Below are positions 19,801 to 31,559 of a DNA stretch of 41,764 nucleotides, one piece after another. A program made the position numbers and the translations under genes. Below the pieces are notes generated by a model. That model was not told the DNA's origin and made no database searches. It saw nothing but the letters and a program-made list of their open reading frames with translations. Source of the DNA: Jimgerdemannia flammicorona (taxonomy: Eukaryota). Numbering within the stretch: position 1 is the first letter of the stretch; each line of letters starts with the position of its first letter. The stretch spans positions 1 to 41,764 of the forward strand of contig RBNJ01000097.1 in the NCBI GenBank assembly GCA_003990765.1, read 5' to 3'.

Positions 19801-22420
19801 CTGGAGCCCAGCCCTGACACTCAGTGAGTATAAATTCAGTAATCTACCCAAAACTGTCACCCCTAGTCAACTAAGGAGCTCAACCTCTCAATCTCCATCC
19901 AATCATCCAACCCACCACTTCTGCCTCTCATTCCTCTCCTGCTATCAGTCCTGTCTATCCTAGTATTATATACTATATTGAAATAACCACCCAGACAATC
20001 AATCCCTGCCTCACCCATAACACTAGCCTTTCTCAAGCCTCTGATCCAATCTACATATTCCCCCCTCTCAGCCAGGCAATAATATGATCCAACAGTCAAA
20101 GGGTTCCACCCAGGCCTCTTCCATACTCCCCACACCAATCTACTCCCCCAATGTCCAATATCTCCAATGTCCTGTATCCCCTTTCAAACCAGAATGCCCA
20201 CCCACTCAGTCCACATAGCTGCCCCACCCTATTCTCTAGTCCAGTTCTGTAAATCTATATCTACCCCATACCACACATTCTGTAGTAAGAAGAGATCCAC
20301 ATCTAGCCCCTTCAACCAGCCAAAGATATTCCTTTACCATACCACACCCCTCAATCCATTCATATTCAAAGAAAAGATTCTAGTTATACTGTTCGTATTG
20401 AATAATATTTGATATTGAGAACCCATCCTAGTACTCCATACTCATCTCATCACTAGTCAGTTCTAAGCACTACTCCACCTCCAACTCCTCTTCCACTACA
20501 GCCTGAGCATCCAGTGCTTCTAAGATTTCCTGACACTCCACCCCATCCATCACCTCCATTTCTATCTGATAATCCATGCATAACCAATCTCCACTTCTCC
20601 AAACCCTTTCTCAATCTCTATAAGTATATTGCCTGATCATTCACAATCTCTCAAAGGGCCTCCTCCCTCTGATCATCAATCTGATACTCCTCCAACTCTA
20701 AGAGCACTGCCAAGATCTCATTTCTAATCTTTTTTGGCACCTCCTCACTATGGAGAATTTCCTCCCAGTACCTATCACTTAGAACCCAGAAGTCCTCTCT
20801 CCCTAGCTCCTCAGCCACCACCCCCTCCAGAGTCTTCTACAGCCACTTCTCTTCATTCACCACCTCAGCAACACTCTGGGCGACCCTTTCAACTCCCACC
20901 ACAGGGTCCACCAAAGCACTCCTCCTCCCTGACTCATCCCACTCCTCTTCTAGCACAACCAGGAGTTCCTCCTCACCACCCTCCCCACCCAGGACACTAT
21001 ACTGAGAGTGTACTCCCTCTACCATTTTAGCATCCTCCTCTACACTGTCTCATCTCTTCTCACTTGATCTACCCTATGCCACACCCTGAGCCAGCCTGCT
21101 CTCCCCAGCCCAGACACTCTCTCTCAATCCAGCACTATCTTTGTCTACTCCACCACCTACTATACTCTCTCTCAATTTCTCCATCAGCTCCTTCTGGATT
21201 CACCTCCCCTGTAACTTCTCCCAGACTACCTTGTCTATCCTAATTCTCTTTTTATCTACAATCTCCACCATTGTCTTAACTTCATACTCCTTCCAAGCCA
21301 ATCTTCTCCTCTCTACTGCTCCTGTCAGATCCTTGAGAGCCTCCAACAAGTCCTCTTCTTCCTCTGGTGTCCCTTTCACCCATGAGACCTTATATTCATC
21401 AGGCCCCACTTAAGAGTTGCTGGCCAGTCTCTCATCTTCCCTGTATTCTCTCTTCCAGCCAGTCTTACTCTGATATTGACATCTCTTGTTCAGAGTTCAG
21501 TACCCTCTCAGACTCTGAACCCAATATCTATAATCTCCCCATACTCCTTGACTGCCTCCACAATCAGCTCCCTGGCCCTCTCCCTCAACACCATAGAAAG
21601 ATCCAATACTGTCAACTATACCACTTGGAGGTCCCAGTACATGCACCTGGCCATAGGAACCACCACTCACCCACGATCACCCCCTTCTCCATGGCCTCCA
21701 ATATTGATGCCTCTTTCTCAAATCCAATCTCGATCTCTTCTTTCCCCTTCAAGAACTTCACTGAAGCTGCCCCTTTCACCTCCTGTACCACTAGCCCCAG
21801 AATCATCCTTACAGTCACTTCTAAGCCTCAGAAGTACAATGTGATAGCAAATTCTAACCTTGACTTTTTGAGTAATGGTGCCAACACCATACCAGTCATG
21901 CCATCTGCCAGGTCCCCAGGCATCATGCCCTCCCTATGACCAACAACTATCACATCTGGTTTTTTTTCCAGATTCTCAGTCACAGCTCCATCAGCAGTCA
22001 TATCTTTAGCCCCTACTCCCTCCCTCTCCCTACTGCCCAAACCTCCTATGAAAGCCCCTCTCTGTCCCCCAACTGAAGCTGTCAATATCTTCTCCAGTCC
22101 TAACCAACTATTCAGACCAGATGCCATTCTCCCCATCTTGACCTTGTCAGCAAAAGATGTCCTCTCCCCTCCTTGTTGCCTCAATCTGCCCCTCCCCCTA
22201 CCACTAATGCTACAGCCAGCCATAGAAGGCTCTGGTATCTCCAACTGTCTCCTCACCTCCTCTCTACATGCTACTAGTCCAAGGCACTGCTGCTCCTCTA
22301 GATGATATACTAATCAGTACATTCATTGCTGTCTATGTTAATAGTCTCCTTTCACCAAAAACATTGCAAAAAGTGTTGTCTGAGTCTTGTGTCATCTGAA
22401 CGTTACTGGTGAAAGGTATG
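16824..22420 (-). mobile_element. LINE-B: near full-length degenerate L1/Tx1-type element (ORF1 ~20428-22340; ORF2 from 20396 leftwards)
   Basis: ORF1 is homologous to that of copy A. The ORF2 start has decayed to ACG at 20396. Motifs GERPTRFL, KGTAPGEDGL, FLDQEKAYDRV, LQGDSLSP and AFVDN (AFADD); shared 5' leader. Confidence 0.93.
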
Positions 22421-24046
22421 TGTGGGCTGATGTAGCCTCTGATAGAATAACAGTGAGTGTTTGGGCTAAGGATAGTGCAGAGAAGATACTAGGGGGTAAG
22501 CAGAGAGTTAGAAGGCTAGAGACCAGCAGCTTTATGATGAAGGAGTACTGGAAGTCTGGGAGGAGGAGAAGAGATGAGCAATAAGAACTGATATCCAGAG
22601 CAAGAAGAATAAGTTGGATGTTGAAATAAGAGGCACCCATAGAGTTCAGTTTGGAGGATCTGATATAGCAAAGAGGAGACAAGTAATTGGTATAATAGAA
22701 GATAAGCTGCAGGATATCCCAGAGAAGGAGTAATATGAGTTAGGATTGGTATTGATGTCACAATATTGGGAGAGGAGAGGTCAGTGACCTCTGGGAGAAG
22801 TAGAATTGGAGATCTAATATAGATGATTAAGATAATGAATTATCTGACAGCAGAGGAGCTGGAGGAGGTGGACTTATAGGTAATAAGTGAGAGACAGTGA
22901 GAGTAAGTACTGAGAGAGGATGTACTGATAGAGAAGCTGAGGTGGAGGTACTGGCTATACTATTAGAAGAGAAGGAGTATAAGATTAATATAGCTAGAGA
23001 GGCTGAATTGGTAGTTATTACTGAGGAGAGGGCTACATTCTGGTTTAGGCAATGGCATAGGCTATAGTACTGGAAAGAGACTTATAAGGAATATAAAGAG
23101 AAGATGGAAGAGAAAGATAATGAGGTGATTACTGAGATTTTAGTTAGTTTGGAGGAAAGGGAAGCTGCAGAGATAGCTATAGTAGCAGAACATAGTCTAT
23201 ATATGACTTATGAGAAGATGAGTGTAGAACTGTAAAGAGTTAGGTCACTCTTATAACATTATCTTTATAAATAGTACAACTAATATTTGCTTACTAAATA
23301 TCAATAGCTTGGAGAGTTCTATAAGGTGTTGTAATATTTTTGCTTAGCTGAGGGGTCTGGAAGCAGATCTTTTTCTATTTCAGAATGTATACAGTGAGAA
23401 GGATCTAGAGGGGTAAGATTAGACAAAGAAATGGAATGGGGTGGCTATCTGATAGAGTAAGGTGGAAATTTTAGTATAGTGGAATAAAGGGGACCTTAGT
23501 AGAGTTAGTAGCTGAGAAGAGTAGTTGGTTTGGGAGAAGTGACAGAGACTGGGTTAGAATTTAGGAGTGGTTGACTCTTATTACCATCTGGTGATTTGAG
23601 GCAATAGGGTGGAGGGGTTGACTAAACTTCATAAGTGTGGTATCCAGGCTGAGGCTGGAGTAAATATGCTTGACAGAGACTTTAATATAGTGTGAGATAT
23701 AAAGCTGGATAGGACTGATAAAGAGAGGTATACTGGGGGTAAAAGTGGTGGTCTGGATGTCTGGGAGGAAGTAGAGCAGTTAAGGTCTTTAGTAAATACT
23801 AACAGATCAATCTGGGAAGACAAGAGGGTCTATACTCACTGGGTGAATGGGTTTGGGATATAGATTGACTGAATTTTAACTACTGATTACTGGGGTTTAG
23901 ATGTTTAGATAGAGCTTGAGATAGAGTAGTGCCTGTGGTCAGATTATTGAGGACTGTAAGAGAAGGAGAGATTTGGGAAAAGTAAAGTGGAGTCTGGATA
24001 TTGACAGATTAATTCTTCTCTATTAGTGGAGAAAGAGTTGTAGAAG
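22421..24046 (+). mobile_element. LINE-D: old divergent subfamily fragment (ORF1 C-terminus to 23235; endonuclease 23267-24046)
   Basis: The ORF1 end ...EVLAILLEEKEY...EKMSVEL* is homologous to copy A ...EILAVLLESVEY...EMSIEL*. ORF2 begins (I)NSTTNICLLNINSL and includes LEADLFLFQN and WSDY...GY*QINSSLL. Cut by LINE-B on the left and by an LTR on the right. Confidence 0.85.
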
Positions 24047-25097
24047 TATAAGTATACAACCTTCAAACCACTGAAGCCACATATTACTCTCAGAATAAAT
24101 CTGAAAATTATATGCAAGATCATAAAGCTAAGTTAAACTAAAGTTACAGAATATAAGATATATGAAAACAAACCCTTACTAATCAAGATTGAAAAGTATA
24201 TATATTGAAAATACAATGTGACAAAATGAAGAACTACAATAAACTATAAGAATAACTACAACTTTCAAATATATATCCAGATATGACCACTAAAGTCTAT
24301 AACTATATCCATGCTAACATTTGAAATACTGTGGTCAATTTAGCTATAGCACATCTATCTTTTATAAATATCCATAGTTTAGCTCTTCTTTACTTTATAG
24401 AATCATAGTGAAATACTCTAAACATACTTAGCAAGACCCACCAAAATGAACAAATCTCAAGCTACCATCAAATTAGCTATCTCCTAGAAGTTATGGTTAA
24501 TTACTACCATAATACAGATACTACTGAAATATTATAATATCAGAAATACATTACTAGCAAATACTGGAAATACTTCTACAAGTATAGTACCTTTAGTTTC
24601 TACTTCTGTGTCACTATAGCTGAAATGATTGTCACTCTGATCTATGACAAAATCAATGATATGGTATAAGAACTCAATCAGAAATACATTGAGTATGTCC
24701 AAATCACAGACAGATCATTTCTCTACTCAGATGATCAAATCCTGCAAATGTCTCAAGTTGGATATGCCATGAAGGATATCTATGATATAATCTAGTTTGA
24801 TAATAATAAAGTAGATGACAATAACCCTCTCTGACACAGAGATGACTTCTAGTTCAGAATTCCTACCAACTCTGATTACTCTGCCAATATTACTAATAAA
24901 CTTACAATAGTTCATATTTGTCTATAAGATCTACTGAGACAATAACAATTGGCATAAGTACTAATCAATATTTATGGCTGACTACTTTAACTATAATAAA
25001 TAAACAGAAGAATACAATTTATATATCCAGACAACCTATAAGATAGAATCAATAATCCTATTGCCTAAGTATAAGTAATATAAAGAATAACTACTAG

Positions 25098-25643
25098 TAG
25101 TGCTCCAAATGAGCTGATCCCAATCAGATTCGAATTCCATCTGTATCAACTTAATGGGATTTGAATCCTATCCAGATTGATTCAAATCAACCATTGTTTT
25201 GGTTTTCAAATTAAACAATTAAATGTTTACATCAATAACTCAATAAATAATCATCCAATTTTGATGATCTTGGTGTCATTTGAAAGCCCTTAATAAGGCC
25301 TTTCTAATTATACTGAGAATATTAAAATCAGATTACACATTACCGAGCTAATAAGGAAAACATTCTTTTGAAGAAATTTTCAAAATTGATAAGTCAGATG
25401 TTTTCCTTAATAACTCAGCAATGCATGATCCAATTTCAATGTTCTTGGTATCATTATAAAGACTTCATTAAGGGCTTTCTAATGACACTATGATTATTCA
25501 AAATAGATGATTATTTATGGAGTTATTGATGTTAACCTTTAATTGTCTAATTTGGAAATCAAAATAATGATTGACCTAGATGGGATTCAATTCAAATCCA
25601 ATCCAAATCCAATTCAGATTAAATTTACTCATTCAGAGTACTA
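25098..25643. mobile_element. hAT-type MITE / foldback element (546 bp)
   Basis: TIR TAGTGCTCCAAATGAG...CTCATTCAGAGTACTA; 8-bp TSD ACTACTAG / ACTACCAG; the empty site ACCACCAG is visible in the 5' LTR (3368-3375); ~180-bp internal inverted arms. Confidence 0.88.
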
Positions 25644-25909
25644 ACTACCAGCTTATTAGAACTCTACAACATAGAGCACCATAACCTACTGAAGATATAC
25701 TAATAGTGAATCTGATGAAAGTGAAGATGATACATATATATATCCCTCCTCTGTCTACTAATATTATATTTGGTATAGAAGGCAGATGATGCCATTCTGT
25801 GGGATGATAACTTTGTTCTAATATATTACTATATAAATGAATAGAGAGAAGTAATCCAAGAATTACTCTTCCTAGATAATTACTTTATCAAAGATAATAT
25901 CATTAATAG

Positions 25910-26988
25910 TGTGATGAGTAATAGAATTATACTACTGAAATCATAAATTAGCCATATACTATATCTAGTACACTAAGCAACCAAAACTGCTTTATGGCAC
26001 CAACTTGTATATTTAGCCAGAGATACCAGAAACAGTATGTTTACCTATACCCTTAAGGAATACTTATCATAGTTAGCAATCTATAGTTAGTAACATAGTA
26101 ACCAATAGCAACCCCAACTGTATAAATTACCCCAGAGACAAGAGTGAATAAACCTTAGTCCAAATTGAATCTAAAGTAAAAGTCAAGTCTGCCTACCACA
26201 CTTTGAGAAGAACTCTATAGCTACTACTAGGAGATTGTGAGTAAAGTATTCCTTTCCACTCCAGTTCACTTTCTGATATAAAGAAGAGTTTGTTATATTT
26301 TTGATTCACTTGCCAGATAAGTCTGAAGAATCTGAGTTACCCATATTCCCAGAGAGCCCACTTTAAGAAACCTTGCTATTAGCCAGTCTATTAGATATAA
26401 CTTCATTGTGATTCAATCATGCAAACAAAGCCAGTCTTTGACATAACTTACCAAGAACCTAAGATATTGAGCTATGTATGCCATCTGAGTTATTAGTTTG
26501 TTCCCAGTGAGTCTGATTCAGAGAACCCATGCCACTCTCTATTCTTAGTAAGCTGCTGACTTAGGAAGAATCTGCTATCAGTATAATTCCCAGTGAGTCA
26601 TTTCAGGAGAATCAGTATCTAAATCAAGTTATTTGCTAAATTACCAGAATATCACATATAAGGAACTCACTATACTATACAAGATTATTATGCTAGAAAT
26701 CACATACTTTTGGAAACAAGACTGTAACCCAGGAATTGCATACTTTTGGAGATTGTTATGCAGAAATCACACACTTTTGGAGATTGTCATACCATATATG
26801 TACAAATTGCCACTACACCCAGAGAACTATCTCAATATAGAAATCACTCACAGATATCTAGCTTTAACTATTATATCATTAAAAACTAAGAATATTTTAT
26901 TACTTTTAACAAAGTAACTGTGGGCTCAAGCCAAACTATATCAACCCCCAACCTTGTAATTTGCCTTCATTGAGCCAGACATGTTACA
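25910..26988 (+). repeat. Gypsy-2 5' LTR (1079 bp)
   Basis: TGTGATGAG...TGTTACA; direct repeat of 34528-35625; TATAAA at 26121, AATAAA at 26147. Confidence 0.95.
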
Positions 26989-26990
26989 TT

Positions 26991-27007
26991 TAGGAGCTCA
27001 ACTGGGA
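26991..27007 (+). promoter_or_regulatory. Degenerate primer-binding site, tRNA-Pro type
   Basis: TAGGAGCTCAACTGGGA, 2 nt after the LTR. It differs from the tRNA-Pro PBS TGGGGGCTCGTCCGGGA mostly by G>A/C>T changes. Confidence 0.7.
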
Positions 27008-27555
27008 AGATTTCAAAATTGATGTGACTTTTCAGCTCACAAGAACCCATAGTCAAACTGGATATATTTGATCAACACCAATCTCTACCACTATAGGAGA
27101 ACCAGTCATCACCAGTATTTGGACAGGAAGAGAAGTAATTATCTTAAGACTTGCCAACTACACAGTATCAAAAGGATCTCAATCAGAACCAGAAGACAGT
27201 ATAGCCTAAAATCCTCAATCAGATCAACCAGACAATACAGACAGTCCTGTTAGAGATTTTGAAGAACTTGCCCAAGAACTAAAAGACATCATCATATAAA
27301 CCTGAAATCATATAGCCAGATATCTCACAGTAGTCCTGCCAATCTCACCTATAGAATCTTTACCACCAGCCCTTGCAGAACTGGAAGCAGCTCCTTCAAG
27401 GATACCTAGGCTCATTCCACTTCAACCAAGATCTGCAACACTCTCCTTGAGATACTCAATTACTTCCACTCCCAGCAATAGTTCAAGAAGTGAATCAGAG
27501 TCAGAATCCGAATAAATCTGGACCAGAACCAGAATCAGAAAAAAGTGATAACAAA

Positions 27556-28457
27556 ATGGCCACCTCATTGCCAACCTTTGCAGGATATCTGGAGGAAGAC
27601 CCTAGAGAATTCCTTGATGGAATTGGAGGAATTGCAGCTCTGAGAAATCTCTCAGATGAAAAGAAAATTACCATCTACATGACCCAGCTCAGAGAACCAG
27701 CCAGAGGAATTTTTCACTGAATAGCAAATGATCTGAATTCAGAACTAGTAGCAGAAATAGAAGCAGCAGCATCTTTTCAGCTGGAATACGTGGCCATGGT
27801 CCACTGGCTTATTGAAAAATATGCAGGAAATGAAATCTGCTACAAGGCTCAAGAATCTATCATGAGGATAAAGAGGAATCTTAGAGAATCACCCAGAGCC
27901 TTCTTTACAAGAATCCAGAAGAGAATGCATGCAGCTGGGTTCAATGCTACCAACTAAGACATCATAGGTCCAATGACCTTCATGAATGAAATTCCCCTGA
28001 ATATTGCCCAGCATATCCACACCCTAGGCATCAGAAGGTCTGAAGAGCAAGTAGATGCAGCCCAAGGATTCTTTGATATCAGACAAGGAACCACCTGGAG
28101 TGACAATGACAAGAAGAATAATAAAGAAGACATCCAGGTCAAGGCCCTACAGGGACTCCTTCAAGGATAAGAAAGATCTGAAGAAAGAAGACCAGTTAAA
28201 GAAGGAAAGAAGGATAAGAGTGAAATCCAAGACCTTAGTTCCAAGTTGGACCAATTGGTTGAACAGATTGAAAAACTCACTATATGCAAAATCAGAGTTA
28301 TCAAGACAACAGAGGATACCCACCTCAGAGGAGCCAAGGTTATCCACTAAGAGATAATAGGAACTATCAGCAAGAAGAAAGAAGATATCCTGTCTGAGAC
28401 AGAGCCCAAGTCCAATACTTCTACTGTAGACAATTCAGATACTATGCCACTGAATGT
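27556..28457 (+). pseudogene. gag: Gypsy-2 gag (capsid and CCHC knuckle)
   Basis: MATSLPTFAGYLEEDPREFL is a Gypsy capsid motif; YFYCRQFRYYATEC at 28416-28457 is a decayed CX2CX4HX4C. Confidence 0.85.
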
Positions 28458-29069
28458 GAGAACAAAAGAAGTAACTGAAGGGACTCAGAACTACCAAACT
28501 AAAGGAATGACACTAAGTATAAGAAGGCTGAAACCCATCCTGTCAAAGATTTTGAAGAAGCAAGCAATAGTGAAGACTACAGTGACCTAGACTTGTACCC
28601 TACCAAAGTCATCACCTGAGAGACAGTCCATCTAGCAGTAAAAAGGAAGAGACCTGTAGGAAGGTCATCCGGGAATATCAGCAGAAGAATCATCCAAGAA
28701 GAATACAAAAAACATGAAGAAGAACAAGTAGAAACACTTCTCCAGACTCCTTTACCTTTTGTTCCCAAGACAAATGAGTTGCCACTAGAGAATGAAGAAA
28801 TGAAGCAAGAAGATCAGGAACCTAATGCCCCAAAGCCCAAGAAGAAGTACATCTGAAGACCATGCCCAGAGATATCTACAATAAAGCCTGACAGAAGATC
28901 CAAGAAGCCAAGATGGAAGTTCCTCTCTTGTAGTTCCTGCAACTGAGACTAGCTGGAGTCTAAAACAAATTGCTAAGAACCACTGGGTCCATTACTGGCC
29001 AAGTTCCAATCCCACAATAAGAGCCAGCTTCCATTTCTATCCAAGCTGCAGAAAGATATATCAGCACCT

Positions 29070-29420
29070 ACCTATATGGAGATATTAAAGGACAAAAGGT
29101 GAAAATCCTCATAGATATAGAAGCAGCTATCTGTATTATTGCCAAATGATTCCTGGATACCCTCTAATGGCCCATTGATGGACCATCCAATCACAGCATT
29201 ATAGTAGCAGATAGAGCCTGAACTCAACTCCTTGGAGAAGTATGAAACATCACTATTTCCCTTGGACATATTCAGTTCTCCATCCTGAAGGATGTTGTTA
29301 CCAAGGCTGTCACCTATGATGATCCTTGATACCAACTGGATGAAGGAAATGAATGCAGTTATTGATATCAGTCAACAAGTACTCAAGTTTGACTACCAAG
29401 GCAAGAAGTATAGAGTCAAG
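29070..29420 (+). pseudogene. Gypsy-2 aspartic protease
   Basis: KILIDIEAAICI (decayed DTGA motif) at ~29102 and MILDTNWMKEMNAVID (ILGxxW motif). Confidence 0.8.
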
Positions 29421-30706
29421 GTGACCAGCTATGAGCAATCAAAGAGGAAGAAGAAGGTCACAATCTAGGAAGAATATACCAATAGTGAGGAATCTACCAT
29501 AGAAGAGAAAGAATCTGAAGATAGAAATGATCCCAGACTCAATTGCCAAATTAATTTGATAGATGAGAGGCCAGAAGACAACATGTGGGTCAAAAATACT
29601 GTCCCCATCACCATTGGAGCCATTGTAGGAGAAATCAAAGGATGCCCTATCTGCCTCAAGAGACACAAGTGCCCTGAGCACTCCTCTAAGATTATTGAGT
29701 CAAGGAATTCACCTAGCACAGCTTTCCTTGAGTGCAGAAAGAGGAAAAAGAAATGCAGACATGTTCTAGAAACACCTATAGCTGAAGCTGCAATTTGGAA
29801 TTAAGAATCATCTGAGGAAAAAGAAGCTCCTGACCAAGAAGTTCCTGAACAAGAAATACCCAAAGAAGAAGAAGTCTCTGAACTCATTCTCTGGGATAAC
29901 CCTTGCTGGATACCACCTGAAGATGATGACCTCTGGAATATTGAAGAAGGATTCAGTATAATCCCCATTATTTCAAAGAAAGAAACACACCAAGAAAGAG
30001 CTTTCTGGCTAGGAAGATGTCTACATCAAATGGTCTTCCACTCTCTCTGAGACTACTGATATCAGTGCTATCTACTGGATCAATAGGATAGACAGAGGCT
30101 CAAAAGACCAGAACCCCCAACTATAGTCATACAGTCAACTACCTTTCAAGAAGTTACCACCAGATTGCAAAGCTGATTTAGAGGATAAGGTCTCTTCATC
30201 TGAACAGAAGTATATCCATTGTCCAACCTTCCCACAACTTATGACTAAGATGGGTACTGATTTCTGAAACAATAAGAAATCAATAACTGGGAATATCATT
30301 TCCAAGAAATGAGATATTGTAATCAAGGAAAACACCCAGACTACTAAGACTGCAGACATCAGATGATTCACCTCAGTCATGATATTGCAATCAATATCTT
30401 GAAGAGAGGAGATAACAGAGGCCAGATCCAAAAAAGCCAGACCAAGAGGGCAGGAAGAAGAATCCTCAAGATTTATGATTTAGGAGAAGACATTTTAGTG
30501 CTCATCAGACATACAATCCACCAAGGATAGATAGAAGATACCACCAACTCTTCATGGAAGCCCTGGACCCTATAGGAAAAAGAGGAATCAACTATCTCTG
30601 AGACCTCTCTACTGAAGCCAGATGGCCACACCTCAATCTTAGAGCCTGGAGACTCCCTGCTAGTGGAGCTTTAGCCCAAGGATAGCCCAAACTCAGTAAG
30701 GATAAT

Positions 30707-31114
30707 GCCCAGTATACCCTGCTACATCCCAAGGCCAAATCTCTGACCAAAGTCCACCCAGAAGATATAGGATATGATCTTCACAGTCAGGAGGATGAAT
30801 CCATCAAATCTGGAAAAAAATTCATAATCAGAAATGGACTAGCCATATAGCCACCTCAAGGAACCTATATACAATTGACCTCAAGGTCTGGACTTGCCAG
30901 ACAAGAGATAACTGTAGAAGGAGGAACCATTGACTCAGGATATATAGGCAAAATCTGAGTCATCCAATACAACAGTAGTACAGAATGGCACCAAATCATT
31001 AGAGGACAGAAGATTGTCCAAGCAGTCTTCAAGAAGGCCAAGACTCCACAGTTACAAGAAGTTTCTGAACTAACTGAAGAAACAAGGCAAGCCAAAGGAT
31101 TCAGAAGCTCAGAC
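30707..31114 (+). pseudogene. dut: dUTPase domain of Gypsy-2, between protease and RT
   Basis: One frame of 136 codons with DIGYDL, SRSGLA, GTIDSGYIG, KIVQAV and TRQAKGFRSS, the five dUTPase motifs. Confidence 0.92.
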
Positions 31115-31559
31115 AAGAAGGAAGTACATCTCCTTCAAGTCACCCACCTCAAAAGGAATGTCCCCCAGCAAGTGTACTATCAACTAGTCAAACTATACAA
31201 GAATCTCATCCTGGAGCCTAGAGAGCAAACCACCTTCGAAATATTTGCACCACCTGATTCCCAAAACCTCTTCTTTGAACCCAATGAAGATATCCTACAC
31301 CTGGATATTGAAGGATATACATTTCCTGACAAGATGAATCCAGTACACTCTCAAGCAATCAACCAAAGTTGGGAAACCATCATCTTGCCTAAAGGAACCA
31401 TCATAGGACATCTGGTGCCTTTTCTCAACTGAACTCATAGAGAAGTTTATGAACTAAACTTATTGGGAAATGGTAAAAAGTCTCAGAAGAAAGGAAAGGC
31501 CCCTCTGTGACCCAGGAGACAGTGAAGTCTTCCACCAATATTGGAGAAGAATTGACACT

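Noticed and set aside
24028-24046. GGAGAAAGAGTTG as a PPT in front of the third LTR
   Set aside because: It translates as the continuation of the LINE-D endonuclease frame (NSSLLVEKEL), and no Gypsy internal sequence precedes it.
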